Below are positions 1 through 8,499 of a DNA stretch of 64,000 nucleotides, one piece after another. The stretch spans positions 32,001-96,000 of IMG/VR virus record IMGVR_UViG_3300030390_000715; one strand, written 5' to 3'. A program made the position numbers and the translations under genes. The stretch comes from a virus. Position 1 is the stretch's first letter, and every line of letters starts with the position of its first letter. The notes under the pieces are model-generated. The model saw only the letters and a list, made by a program, of their open reading frames with translations. It was not told the DNA's origin and ran no database searches.

Positions 1-13
1 AGAAGCGGCAAGA

Positions 14-226
14 ATGGGTGAAGTGACAGTAAGCTTCGAAAAGATTAATGATGGCGGGTTACGTGTTATGCCATGCACTCTAAACAGAGCTTTGAGCGGA
101 GATAGAGTGCCCGAAGTGTATGAAATCAATGAGGAAAGTGATAACATAGCTGTTTGGTGTATTGACAAAGAAGCTTGGAGATCATTTCGAATCGATACAG
201 TAGTTGATTGGGAGATAACAGTTTAA
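14..226 (+). CDS. Small SH3/WYL-like beta-barrel phage protein (may start upstream of the window)
   Basis: V-x-F-x-K...R-x-M-x-CTL and WRSFRID motifs typical of T4-like DUF2693-type proteins. Confidence 0.6.
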   Translation: MGEVTVSFEKINDGGLRVMPCTLNRALSGDRVPEVYEINEESDNIAVWCIDKEAWRSFRIDTVVDWEITV

Positions 227-318
227 AATTAATTTGAAATAAAGACGGGTAAGGGTTGACACTCTTACCTTTTTTCATTATAGTGGTCTAACAAATTAAT
301 CATAGAGCGAGAAATCTC

Positions 319-636
319 ATGGGCATTATGAACGGTCACCGATATACAACTAATATTACTGATACTATTACTACCTGCCCGCTAGGTGGTAAAGAAGAGC
401 TAACGGTCGAGCGAAGATACTTTGGATTCTTAAATGGTTTCGGTGCTTCGATAATGCGCTTCAATGATGACATGCTGTGGGAATTAGCGGTACTTGAGTG
501 TACTAGCGTCGAAAATGATGAATGGTCTATAACATACGACACTGCTATCACGGGCGATGTGATAGCACACAAAACTGACTGTGAGATCGCCAGTCTTTTA
601 AATAAAATATCTAATTTAAAAATGAAAAAAGCTTGA
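319..636 (+). CDS. Hypothetical early protein
   Basis: ORF downstream of a TTGACA promoter-like site. Confidence 0.6.
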   Translation: MGIMNGHRYTTNITDTITTCPLGGKEELTVERRYFGFLNGFGASIMRFNDDMLWELAVLECTSVENDEWSITYDTAITGDVIAHKTDCEIASLLNKISNLKMKKA

Positions 637-678
637 CACCTTTATGGACCCTGATACAATAGTACTTCATTAACGAGA
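625..678 (+). promoter_or_regulatory. Repeated early sigma70 promoter, copy 1
   Basis: AAAAAGC-TTGACA-16 bp-TACAAT-AGTACTTCATTAACGAGA, near-identical to copies at 1292 and 2022. Confidence 0.85.
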
Positions 679-691
679 GAGAGCATTTATC

Positions 692-916
692 ATGAACAAC
701 TTATTAGCTAAAGCAATCGAGTTCGCAGATAATAACTTAGTCGGCACTAGTTGCGACTACCCGAAGTTGACTGAGTATGTTGACGCGTTTCCTTGTACTA
801 AAAAAATGAAAAATAGCATCTTGTATCAGATCGGTAGCACAAGAACTTGTGCGGTCGCTTACGATACTGACTTCGTAACCAAGTATGGTACTTTAACTAT
901 TAAGAGTGAGAAATAG
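692..916 (+). CDS. Hypothetical early protein
   Basis: ORF directly after promoter copy 1. Confidence 0.6.
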   Translation: MNNLLAKAIEFADNNLVGTSCDYPKLTEYVDAFPCTKKMKNSILYQIGSTRTCAVAYDTDFVTKYGTLTIKSEK

Positions 917-918
917 AC

Positions 919-1302
919 ATGGCATTTATAAATCAAGAGATGAAGAAGAGAATCGCCCCAGGTGTTAAGGCGGTCTTAGCCAAGTACAACATGAAAGGTA
1001 CTATGAAAATACGAGATCATATGGTTCTTTCTGTCACCATTAAGTCTGGTGAAATCGATATGATGAAGAATTGCGACTATCAGCGTGATCATATGCAAGT
1101 CAATCCGTATTGGATCGCAGACAACTTTGAGACTGTTGCCGCTTCTTTCCTTATAGAACTGAAAGCCGCGATGGAGGGACCTGAGTGGTTCGATGAAAGC
1201 GACTTTCAGACTGATTATCACCACTGTAGTCACTACTTAGAAATTAACGCTGGCACTTATAAAAAGCCATATGTTTACACTCCCGCTGAAGAAAAAGCTT
1301 GA
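919..1302 (+). CDS. Conserved phage protein (LPD29-like), paralog of 2095-2514
   Basis: KAVLxKY, IKSG, D-x-QTDY motifs shared with the paralog. Confidence 0.6.
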   Translation: MAFINQEMKKRIAPGVKAVLAKYNMKGTMKIRDHMVLSVTIKSGEIDMMKNCDYQRDHMQVNPYWIADNFETVAASFLIELKAAMEGPEWFDESDFQTDYHHCSHYLEINAGTYKKPYVYTPAEEKA

Positions 1303-1344
1303 CACCTTTATGGACTCTGATACAATAGTACTTCATTAACGAGA
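1292..1344 (+). promoter_or_regulatory. Repeated early sigma70 promoter, copy 2
   Basis: ~53-bp near-identical repeat containing TTGACA/TACAAT. Confidence 0.85.
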
Positions 1345-1359
1345 TAGAGCGAGAAGATT

Positions 1360-1674
1360 ATGAAAGACAGAATTTTTAACTACGCCAAGACGCAAGACAC
1401 CAACGTGTTTTACTTCAACCGTGTAGCCGATGCCTTCACTTCTAAGTTAGATTGGTACGACAACGATGACGTTGATATGATCGTCGTTGATGCTACTAAC
1501 ACTTCGCAAGAGACTGACAACATCTTCTCTTTCCTTTACCAAACTGAACCTAACACTGATCAAGTATGGATGCGCTTCGCCAAAGAGTATGAAGTGGCTA
1601 ATGCTGATCTGATTCTTGATCCAACTAAACCCGCTTACATTATACAGACATTATACAATACAGGTGTGAAATAA
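1360..1674 (+). CDS. Hypothetical early protein
   Basis: ORF after promoter copy 2. Confidence 0.6.
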   Translation: MKDRIFNYAKTQDTNVFYFNRVADAFTSKLDWYDNDDVDMIVVDATNTSQETDNIFSFLYQTEPNTDQVWMRFAKEYEVANADLILDPTKPAYIIQTLYNTGVK

Positions 1675-1675
1675 T

Positions 1676-1855
1676 ATGAATATTGATGAAAGCTATGATT
1701 CAAAAGAATTTATGAATGATGTTTATGATAATTTGATGAAAAACCAGCAACACAATCCGTTGGATTTTTCAAAAACTGATTTTGATTCTTGTCTTGATCT
1801 TGATGATTTAACAATCACCATCGGAAATTTTAAACTTAAATTAATGCAGGTGTGA
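1676..1855 (+). CDS. Small hypothetical protein (59 aa, absent from ORF track)
   Basis: ATG with AGGTG RBS; flanked by the exact 23-bp repeat CAGGTGTGAAATAATATGAATAT (1661-1683, 1847-1869). Confidence 0.55.
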   Translation: MNIDESYDSKEFMNDVYDNLMKNQQHNPLDFSKTDFDSCLDLDDLTITIGNFKLKLMQV

Positions 1856-1861
1856 AATAAT

Positions 1862-2014
1862 ATGAATATGGAAATATGGTGTGCAGAGTATTACGACCAA
1901 TTCGGTAAGAGAATAATCGAATGGAATATTAACCCAGACCGAATCGAGGCTGAGCTAGTAGCTAAGGGTATAAAGGCTGAAACGATTGATGTATATGTAA
2001 AAGACGTTTCATAA
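1862..2014 (+). CDS. Small hypothetical protein (50 aa)
   Basis: ATG lies within the second 23-bp junction repeat. Confidence 0.5.
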   Translation: MNMEIWCAEYYDQFGKRIIEWNINPDRIEAELVAKGIKAETIDVYVKDVS

Positions 2015-2021
2015 AGGTGAA

Positions 2022-2076
2022 GAAAAAGCTTGACACCTTTATGGACTCTGATACAATAGTACTTCATTAACGAGAT
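2022..2076 (+). promoter_or_regulatory. Repeated early sigma70 promoter, copy 3
   Basis: Identical core to copy 2. Confidence 0.85.
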
Positions 2077-2094
2077 AACACAGGGAATATTGAC

Positions 2095-2514
2095 ATGGCA
2101 TATGTAAGCAAGCAAGACAAATTAGACCTTACTCCAGGCATCAAAGCTGTCCTGAAGAAATATGATGTTAAAGGTACCATATCTGTTCAGCACCACAGCA
2201 CTCTTGTTGTTAAACTTAAATCTGGTGCAGTCGATTTCAACGCTGATAATATAGTCACTGAGGACATCTTCGGCGAGCCTGACACTAGAGATTACCACGA
2301 CAATCATACTATAAACACTTATCACATAGACCGTCGCTGGAAAGGTGAAGCTAAAGCCTTCCTCTATGAACTTAAAGAAGCTATGGAAGGCGAAGCCTTC
2401 TTCAACCACGACGATAGCATGACCGACTACTTCTTTCGTTCACATTACATCGATGTTAAAGTTGGTTATAACGCTCCGTACGCATGTACTGCCGCAGACT
2501 CAATTGCGGCTTAA
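2095..2514 (+). CDS. Conserved phage protein (LPD29-like), paralog of 919-1302
   Basis: PGIKAVLKKY...ELKEAMEG...DDSMTDYF. Confidence 0.6.
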   Translation: MAYVSKQDKLDLTPGIKAVLKKYDVKGTISVQHHSTLVVKLKSGAVDFNADNIVTEDIFGEPDTRDYHDNHTINTYHIDRRWKGEAKAFLYELKEAMEGEAFFNHDDSMTDYFFRSHYIDVKVGYNAPYACTAADSIAA

Positions 2515-2542
2515 TAATTAATTATATAAATGAGGAAAGATC

Positions 2543-2947
2543 ATGGGTATGATAAACGGAAGATATACGACTAGTGCGGAAGAAATTCGAGTTCTTGAGA
2601 AAGAGCTTCATATGATGCGCCTTAAATTCGATAAAATACTTTCTTTTGTGGAAGAAGAATTTCCACTAGGGCGTCCTTTTGACTATATGGGGGTGGAAAT
2701 GTGTACGACTAGTATTGATGTTACACAGCCTCGAGGTGTCAAATCCTTTAGTAGGGAAGATGCCGTGAAAGTGCATTCTGAGGCAATGTCTGGTTTAGTT
2801 GAAATTCCTGAGGTTCGACCCGCATATAATGCTGAGGGTAAGATTGTATTAAATAGCGAATATTTTAATCCAGTGACTGGACTATTCACGCCTAAGTCTT
2901 TCGGCAGTGAGCATTTCACGCCACGATTCCTTGAAAGTGATGTGTAA
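2543..2947 (+). CDS. Hypothetical protein
   Basis: ORF with GAGGA RBS. Confidence 0.6.
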   Translation: MGMINGRYTTSAEEIRVLEKELHMMRLKFDKILSFVEEEFPLGRPFDYMGVEMCTTSIDVTQPRGVKSFSREDAVKVHSEAMSGLVEIPEVRPAYNAEGKIVLNSEYFNPVTGLFTPKSFGSEHFTPRFLESDV

Positions 2948-3099
2948 CTTATGACTAGACGAGCTAAAATAATATTAATGTTCCCGATCTTAATCACGTG
3001 GGACGCATTCTATTTTCTGATTAAACAATTAACTCGACTTTGCGATTATATAGATATTGAGGGTGCAAAGATTATCGATAAAATATTGGAGAATGGCGT

Positions 3100-3915
3100 T
3101 TGAGAAAGCAGAATATAGTAGTAGCGGGATGGGGTGCGGTGGGTCAATGCGTAGGCGAAGCCTTGCGACCGGTCGCGAACATTCTCATTGACGATCCATA
3201 TCATGACAATCCAGATTATAGATCGACTCAACCCTCTGACTTGAATGATCTTGATGCGGTAATCATATGTGTAGCCACGCCGGCGAACGTGCATAATAAT
3301 AGTTGTGATACCAGTTTTGTAGAAGAAGTTATCGAAAAGTATGGAACAAAGCCAAGGTATCTACTCAAGTCGACCATCACCCCCGATTTCTTTGCAAAAC
3401 CTTATATGCTAGATGGTGTTGAATGTAAGATTACATATAGTCCAGAATATATTCGCGGCACGACAGGTAATGATTACGTCACTGATTTTAAAAACGCGAC
3501 CTTTGCAATATACGGTGGTGGTGAGATGCGTTGGTGGGACGAGTTGTTTCGTTTAGTCCAACCCAACATTAAAGATGTTCGGTACATGACTGCGGTACAG
3601 GCTTCTTTTACTAAGTATTTTCTTAATTGCTATTTAGCCGCTAAGACCACATTCTTTAACCACATGAAAGACATAGTTGATCATATGCCCTCTATGGGCG
3701 ATCCTGACTATGACATTATTATCGATGGTCTATGTTTAGATCCTAGAGTCAGTAAGTCACATACTCAAGTACCAGGACCAGACGGTAAGAAAGGATTTGG
3801 GGGACATTGTTTCCCAAAAGATGTATCAGCGATGTCATGGATGTCGACTGATCTGGGTGTAGAGAATAACTTCCTCGACACCGTATTAAACTTTAATGAT
3901 ACTTATAGAAAATAA
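3100..3915 (+). CDS. UDP-glucose/GDP-mannose dehydrogenase family protein
   Basis: GWGAVG Rossmann motif, ICVATP, KST, SPE, GFGGHCFPKD catalytic Cys motif. Confidence 0.85.
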   Translation: MRKQNIVVAGWGAVGQCVGEALRPVANILIDDPYHDNPDYRSTQPSDLNDLDAVIICVATPANVHNNSCDTSFVEEVIEKYGTKPRYLLKSTITPDFFAKPYMLDGVECKITYSPEYIRGTTGNDYVTDFKNATFAIYGGGEMRWWDELFRLVQPNIKDVRYMTAVQASFTKYFLNCYLAAKTTFFNHMKDIVDHMPSMGDPDYDIIIDGLCLDPRVSKSHTQVPGPDGKKGFGGHCFPKDVSAMSWMSTDLGVENNFLDTVLNFNDTYRK

Positions 3916-3927
3916 AAAGGAAACGAT

Positions 3928-4203
3928 ATGAAAAGCGAAAGTGGTATGTACGTAACGGATTATAATGTTGTATTAAAAGAGACCGAGGTTCAAAACCAAT
4001 CATCAGGTGGTATCATTCTATCAGGTGATGTATCAACTGGCAACAAGCCCGGTATCGTGGTCGCAGTAGGTCCTGACGTATCTAATCTAGTTCCAGGTCT
4101 GAAAGTCTACCTTGATTGGAAAGAAGCGATGCCCTTTGAATATAAAGGCGTTAAGATGGCTGTAGTTGATCAAGGTGCTATCAAGGTTATTTGCGATGAA
4201 TGA
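3928..4203 (+). CDS. groES: GroES-like co-chaperonin
   Basis: SGGIIL mobile loop, GxVVAVGP. Confidence 0.8.
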   Translation: MKSESGMYVTDYNVVLKETEVQNQSSGGIILSGDVSTGNKPGIVVAVGPDVSNLVPGLKVYLDWKEAMPFEYKGVKMAVVDQGAIKVICDE

Positions 4204-4423
4204 TGCACCCTTTGCGGCTTCATTATATAATGACGAATCTGATAATGAATCAGCTACGCGATGGCATTTAAAAATGCTCATTGAGGATCTTGATGATATG
4301 GGCATTTACATTAATGCAAACGGAGAACAATACGACGAGGATACTCCTCAATTTAAAGAGATGGCGTATATACTTCGAAGGACTCTAGAATATGTTAGTA
4401 AAACAGGAGAGGTACATATCTAA
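4196..4423 (+). CDS. Hypothetical protein
   Basis: ORF overlapping both neighbours. Confidence 0.5.
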   Translation: MNDAPFAASLYNDESDNESATRWHLKMLIEDLDDMGIYINANGEQYDEDTPQFKEMAYILRRTLEYVSKTGEVHI

Positions 4424-4818
4424 TGATAGGAATTATTCGTAATGCGATGAAAACACCTGACGGAACGATTCTGGAGTCCAGACATCGACATGATTTTAAA
4501 TCACATAAAGACGCGAATGGCAAAGAATATATCATCGACGGTGGACAATCATATCTTCGAAGATCCGCGTGGGACGACCAAGTAGATTTGTCTGTATCGC
4601 TTATGGATGGTCATGATAGAGTTCGAAATGCATTAGAATGGGGAACATATGGTGTTACCGGAGACATGCCTCTGACGTATCTTACCCTTAAAGATATGGA
4701 TACTGATCACATTGAAACTATTCTAGAACTTCAAAATCCAGTGGCTTCGTTTAAAGAAGCGTTTAAAAACGAGCTATCATACAGAAAGGAAACGGGTCAA
4801 TGGCAAACAGCGATTTAG
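4423..4818 (+). CDS. Conserved hypothetical phage protein
   Basis: ESRHRHDF...DGGQSYLRR motif common in large phages. Confidence 0.6.
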   Translation: MIGIIRNAMKTPDGTILESRHRHDFKSHKDANGKEYIIDGGQSYLRRSAWDDQVDLSVSLMDGHDRVRNALEWGTYGVTGDMPLTYLTLKDMDTDHIETILELQNPVASFKEAFKNELSYRKETGQWQTAI

Positions 4819-5405
4819 TAAATAAAGCCCACATGAAAGTCGCCAATGTGTATGCGCAACTTAGTACAGCAAAGAAGTTGAAAGTTGGTTGTATTATCGT
4901 TAAAGACAATCGCGTCATATCAATTGGATATAATGGTATGCCAAGTGGGTGGAGCAACGAATGTGAGGAGCCATGGACAAGAGAAGGTAATCTAGTAACA
5001 AAGCCCGAAGTTCTTCATGCCGAAGCTAATGCAATAACTAAAGTAGCACGTAGTTCTGAGTCGTGCGAAGGCGCAACACTATATTGTACTCACGCACCAT
5101 GTATAGAATGTGCCAAGTTGATCGCGCAGTCGGGTATCAAGGAAGTGTATTATGAAACTCCTTATCTAGCCTCAAAAGGTTCGGGGCTAAATTTTCTCGT
5201 AGAATGTGACATTAATGTTGTCACTATTGAGCGACCGATTATGCCTCTGAACGAGAATGCGCTTGGAATGACTAATGACTTTGACAGGCTACAGCCAACA
5301 GGCTATAATGACTTTGACAGGCTACAGCCAACAGGCTATAATGACTTTGACAGGCTACAGCCAACAGGCTACAGCCATTATAAGAATGGCATCGCCCACA
5401 AATGA
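4800..5405 (+). CDS. cd: dCMP deaminase with C-terminal repeat extension
   Basis: GYNG, HAEANA, PCIEC Zn motifs. Confidence 0.92.
   Translation: MANSDLVNKAHMKVANVYAQLSTAKKLKVGCIIVKDNRVISIGYNGMPSGWSNECEEPWTREGNLVTKPEVLHAEANAITKVARSSESCEGATLYCTHAPCIECAKLIAQSGIKEVYYETPYLASKGSGLNFLVECDINVVTIERPIMPLNENALGMTNDFDRLQPTGYNDFDRLQPTGYNDFDRLQPTGYSHYKNGIAHK
5274..5372 (+). repeat. 33-bp tandem repeat x3 that forms consensus promoters
   Basis: Unit AATGACTTTGACAGGCTACAGCCAACAGGCTAT; TTGACA-17-TATAAT at 5281-5309 and 5314-5342. Confidence 0.95.
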
Positions 5406-5411
5406 AATTGG

Positions 5412-5440
5412 TTGACATGAGCCTAGAATATCATTATAAT
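5412..5440 (+). promoter_or_regulatory. sigma70 promoter
   Basis: TTGACA-17-TATAAT. Confidence 0.8.
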
Positions 5441-5523
5441 GTACTCTTACCGACCATGGAGTCGCCTATGATATTCGTAATTAACAGAGATGCAATTGCA
5501 ATGACTTTTGGTTATATCGGTGC

Positions 5524-5961
5524 ATGTTTTATGATGGTATTCTAGGTGTGATATATTTTATTGAAGGAGGTGATCCTACATACAATTCGATTATAATGGT
5601 ATCTTATGTCGATCACTTGATGAAGAAGCTCGGCATTGAATGCATTCCTGATGTAGAAGTTAATATTAATATTACTAACGAAGCACTCGACTCCACTACC
5701 GATATGGGGCACACTTGGGGCGATAGTGACGAGATGAATATCACAATCACTACCAAGAATTGTAGCATTGTAGATCGAATGTTGACACTCGCCCATGAAA
5801 TGGTTCATGTCAAGCAGTACCTTCTAGGCGAGTTATCCACTGACAATGGTTACTTAGAATGGCATGGTGAACCTGCGAAAAAGTACAAGAAAGAATCAAG
5901 ACCACCATGGGAAGTAGAAGCCTATGCGTTGGAATCAGAATTGCTTAATACCTGGCAATAA
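5524..5961 (+). CDS. Zincin-like metallopeptidase (start probably downstream of 5524)
   Basis: LAHEMVHVKQ HExxH and PWEVEAY. Confidence 0.75.
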   Translation: MFYDGILGVIYFIEGGDPTYNSIIMVSYVDHLMKKLGIECIPDVEVNINITNEALDSTTDMGHTWGDSDEMNITITTKNCSIVDRMLTLAHEMVHVKQYLLGELSTDNGYLEWHGEPAKKYKKESRPPWEVEAYALESELLNTWQ

Positions 5962-5985
5962 AAAGTCTTAACATGTTGTTAAGCA

Positions 5986-6261
5986 TTGAATGTAACATTA
6001 CCAAAGGAAAAGTTTATGATTAGTAGTCCCGCAGACAAGCAGAAGATCAAAGGTGCCATTAAGGAACTGTCTGATTCTATGCTCCGAACTGATGCAGAAA
6101 AAGATTTGCAAAAAGATATCATCGAAGTTACTTTCGAAGACACTGGTATCGACAAAAAGCACCTACGAAAGATCGCAACCATTTACCATAAGCAGTCTAT
6201 GAATGATGTTAAGAGCGATTACGAAGAAGTCGAAACACTATACGACCAGCTATTCTCCTAA
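5986..6261 (+). CDS. dsbA: T4 DsbA-like dsDNA-binding protein
   Basis: IKGAIKE-SDS...KDI...YHKQ...ETLYD pattern of T4 DsbA. Confidence 0.75.
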   Translation: MNVTLPKEKFMISSPADKQKIKGAIKELSDSMLRTDAEKDLQKDIIEVTFEDTGIDKKHLRKIATIYHKQSMNDVKSDYEEVETLYDQLFS

Positions 6262-6268
6262 CTATCAA

Positions 6269-6340
6269 CACCGCGCGTGACCATTTCTTTTAGTCCGGTC
6301 ACTCGCGGTGCTTGACACCAAAGCTCCACTAATGTATAAT
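6269..6340 (+). promoter_or_regulatory. Stem-loop abutting a sigma70 promoter (PeSL-like)
   Basis: CACCGCGCGTGACC/GGTCACTCGCGGTG hairpin, then TTGACA(6312)-17-TATAAT(6335). Confidence 0.75.
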
Positions 6341-6965
6341 CATATCTTATTAACTCGACAGGAAATAGTTATGACTGATTATACGCTAAAGAGTTGGAAT
6401 GATTTGACTTCATTAAAGAAGCGAATCACCGAAGACAAAACAAGCGAGAGTGTAGTTGAATTTACTGGATACTCTCTGATAACTAACCACTTCGTCTATA
6501 CACTATATGATGGAATATTAACAAGGGTGAAAAAATGAATCTATACGAAGCAATGACTTTAGGATTTTTTATGGCTGTTGGAGTCTGTTGCGCTGTCGGC
6601 ATGGCGATGGCGTTCATCGCCTCTGGAAGGGTGCATCAACGAGAGTGGAACTTAGCTGTTCCAATGTTTGGTTTATGTTCTTCTGTGGGCGTAGTTACGT
6701 TTATGTTATCCTATGGAGCATGATAATGTCAGAACGCTATAGACAGGAAACTACAGATTGGGGCACGTTAAAAATTCTCAATCACATATATATCACTGAG
6801 GGTGAGCAACTAGTCGGTTATATACCTCTCGGTGGTAAAGAGATCCGTTACAAGAAATCAAAGAAGCAATGGTCTTCTGCCAAGCGAAAGTTCCGTGATC
6901 TGACCAAGAATGAGATTGCTTACATAAAAGAAAATGGTAGCTTTATCGAAGGAGGTAAAGTATGA
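6308..6965 (+). other. Three small hypothetical genes (one a membrane protein)
   Basis: Tightly coupled ORFs ending at 6538, 6723 and 6965. Confidence 0.5.
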
Positions 6966-7357
6966 TTGCTAAGTTTCTCGTAGGAATGATAGTGACACTA
7001 TGTTTGGGTCAGTGGCTACACTACACCTTTCAGTATAAGCCTTTACAAGAGGATTACGCTGAAGCTAAAAATCTTATAAGCGCACAGGCTGTTCGAGAAG
7101 CTGAACAGGTTATAACTATCAGTAAGCTCGAAGACAACCTAGCGAAAACTAGTGAAGCGTTACAAGTGCAGACTCGACGCAATTCTGAAATAGAAGCCGA
7201 GAAAGATTTATACCTCGATATTTTTCGTCGACATAAACTATCTCAACTAGCCGCGGCTAAACCTGGTCGCATTGAACCCTTATTTAACAAAGGTACTAAA
7301 GATGTATTCGATTCAATTGAAGCGAGTAGTTCTATTATTGACGCTCTTAACGATTAG
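6962..7357 (+). CDS. Inner-membrane spanin (Rz-like)
   Basis: N-terminal TM helix, coiled coil, AKPGRIE motif; overlaps a lipoprotein gene. Confidence 0.7.
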   Translation: MIAKFLVGMIVTLCLGQWLHYTFQYKPLQEDYAEAKNLISAQAVREAEQVITISKLEDNLAKTSEALQVQTRRNSEIEAEKDLYLDIFRRHKLSQLAAAKPGRIEPLFNKGTKDVFDSIEASSSIIDALND

Positions 7358-7694
7358 TGGCTGTAGTCTATGGGGTAAGAAAGATGCTCCTATCGTAGAG
7401 GTACGAACAATAGAAGTGAAAGTTCCTATTGTGCATCCGGTATTACCACGAGCCATTAATCTTAAAGAACCTTATTTTCACGTGGTGAGCAGGGTGAACC
7501 TCGATGAATTCATCGAAGACTTCGAGAAGCGAAATGACGTTCTAGTGTTCACCGCAATGTCAATTGGCGATTATGAGTTGATGGCATATAATATGCAAGA
7601 AATAAAAAGATATATTGACCAATTGAAAGAAGTTATAGTATACTATAGAAAAATAAATGATGATGAAGGAGTGAAGAGTGATGAAGCTAAGTAG
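7272..7694 (+). CDS. Outer-membrane spanin lipoprotein (Rz1-like)
   Basis: Lipobox LLTISGC; overlaps the i-spanin 3' end. Confidence 0.7.
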   Translation: MNPYLTKVLKMYSIQLKRVVLLLTLLTISGCSLWGKKDAPIVEVRTIEVKVPIVHPVLPRAINLKEPYFHVVSRVNLDEFIEDFEKRNDVLVFTAMSIGDYELMAYNMQEIKRYIDQLKEVIVYYRKINDDEGVKSDEAK

Positions 7695-7920
7695 CGAAAC
7701 ACTGAACGCAATAGGTTATTTCTTTAGTTATAAAGGACTTGATAGGTGGAGTGGATGGGAAAGAGAGCAAAAGGTGATACTTCAAGAACTACCTACGCTA
7801 AAAATGTATCTGGATAAAGAGAAAGAGCTAGAGGATTTAAGGTTAGCTGTTAAGGACGAATTAAAAACTTATTACGAGAAACGTAGCCTGTCGCAATATA
7901 CGAGCGACCCCGAAGTCTAG
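7678..7920 (+). CDS. Hypothetical protein
   Basis: ORF with GGAG RBS. Confidence 0.5.
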   Translation: MMKLSSETLNAIGYFFSYKGLDRWSGWEREQKVILQELPTLKMYLDKEKELEDLRLAVKDELKTYYEKRSLSQYTSDPEV

Positions 7921-7937
7921 TAACCGGGACAATTTAA

Positions 7938-8144
7938 CTCGCATGACCCCTTGAGGTAGGATCTCACTGGTAAATGCTAAGGGTGGAGTAGAACGTGAAT
8001 AGTAGTCGTGCTTGGTCGCTTGACGAACTTGAAACAGAATCGCTCTAATAGTATGAAGCGTATTCCTAACCAGTTGATCGTTAGTACAAACTTAGTAAAC
8101 CTGTCCTACAAATCAAGGCGCCTGAGAACGGCGATGCGAGGCCA
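7938..8144 (+). ncRNA. Structured ~207-nt RNA with tRNA-like ends
   Basis: CTCGCAT/ATGCGAG 7-bp stem + G + CCA; CGCC-TGAGAAC-GGCG T-arm-like hairpin; nested helices CCTTGA/TCAAGG, GTAGGA/TCCTAC, ACTGGT/ACCAGT; no ORF. Confidence 0.65.
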
Positions 8145-8182
8145 ATTAAAATAGTAAAGCAACATTAAAAGGAAGCAAGCAA

Positions 8183-8317
8183 ATGAGTAGTTCAAGCATA
8201 CGACGAGGTGCAGTCAAAACGGTTGAATGGTGGAAACACTTGCGTAGTAGAAAACGAGCGCAAAATAAACTTGTGAGACAGGACGGTAAGGCGATAACAA
8301 AAGAGGAAAGCAAATGA
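8183..8317 (+). CDS. Small basic protein (44 aa), duplicate of the next gene
   Basis: MSSSSIRRGAV...EWWKHLRS...RAQNKLVRQDGKAITKE. Confidence 0.6.
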   Translation: MSSSSIRRGAVKTVEWWKHLRSRKRAQNKLVRQDGKAITKEESK

Positions 8318-8499
8318 TAAAAATGAGTAGTTCAAGCATGCGACGAGGTGCAGTCAACCCGCCCGATCAACGTGGAGACTTACTAGAATGGTGGAAACAC
8401 TTGCGTAGTGACAAATATTTTAATCAATTGAATCAACGAGCGCAAAATAAACTTGTGAGACAGGACGGTAAGGCGATAACAAAGGAGGCAAGCAAATGA
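8314..8499 (+). CDS. Small basic protein, tandem duplicate with two insertions
   Basis: Near-identical DNA blocks to 8183-8317. Confidence 0.6.
   Translation: MIKMSSSSMRRGAVNPPDQRGDLLEWWKHLRSDKYFNQLNQRAQNKLVRQDGKAITKEASK

Noticed and set aside
5274-5372. 33-bp repeats as a CRISPR array
   Set aside because: Head-to-tail with no spacers, in frame within a gene, and no cas operon
7938-8144. Calling the RNA tmRNA or a canonical tRNA
   Set aside because: No G3-U70 pair, too short for tmRNA, no D-arm or anticodon arm, and a 4-bp T-stem
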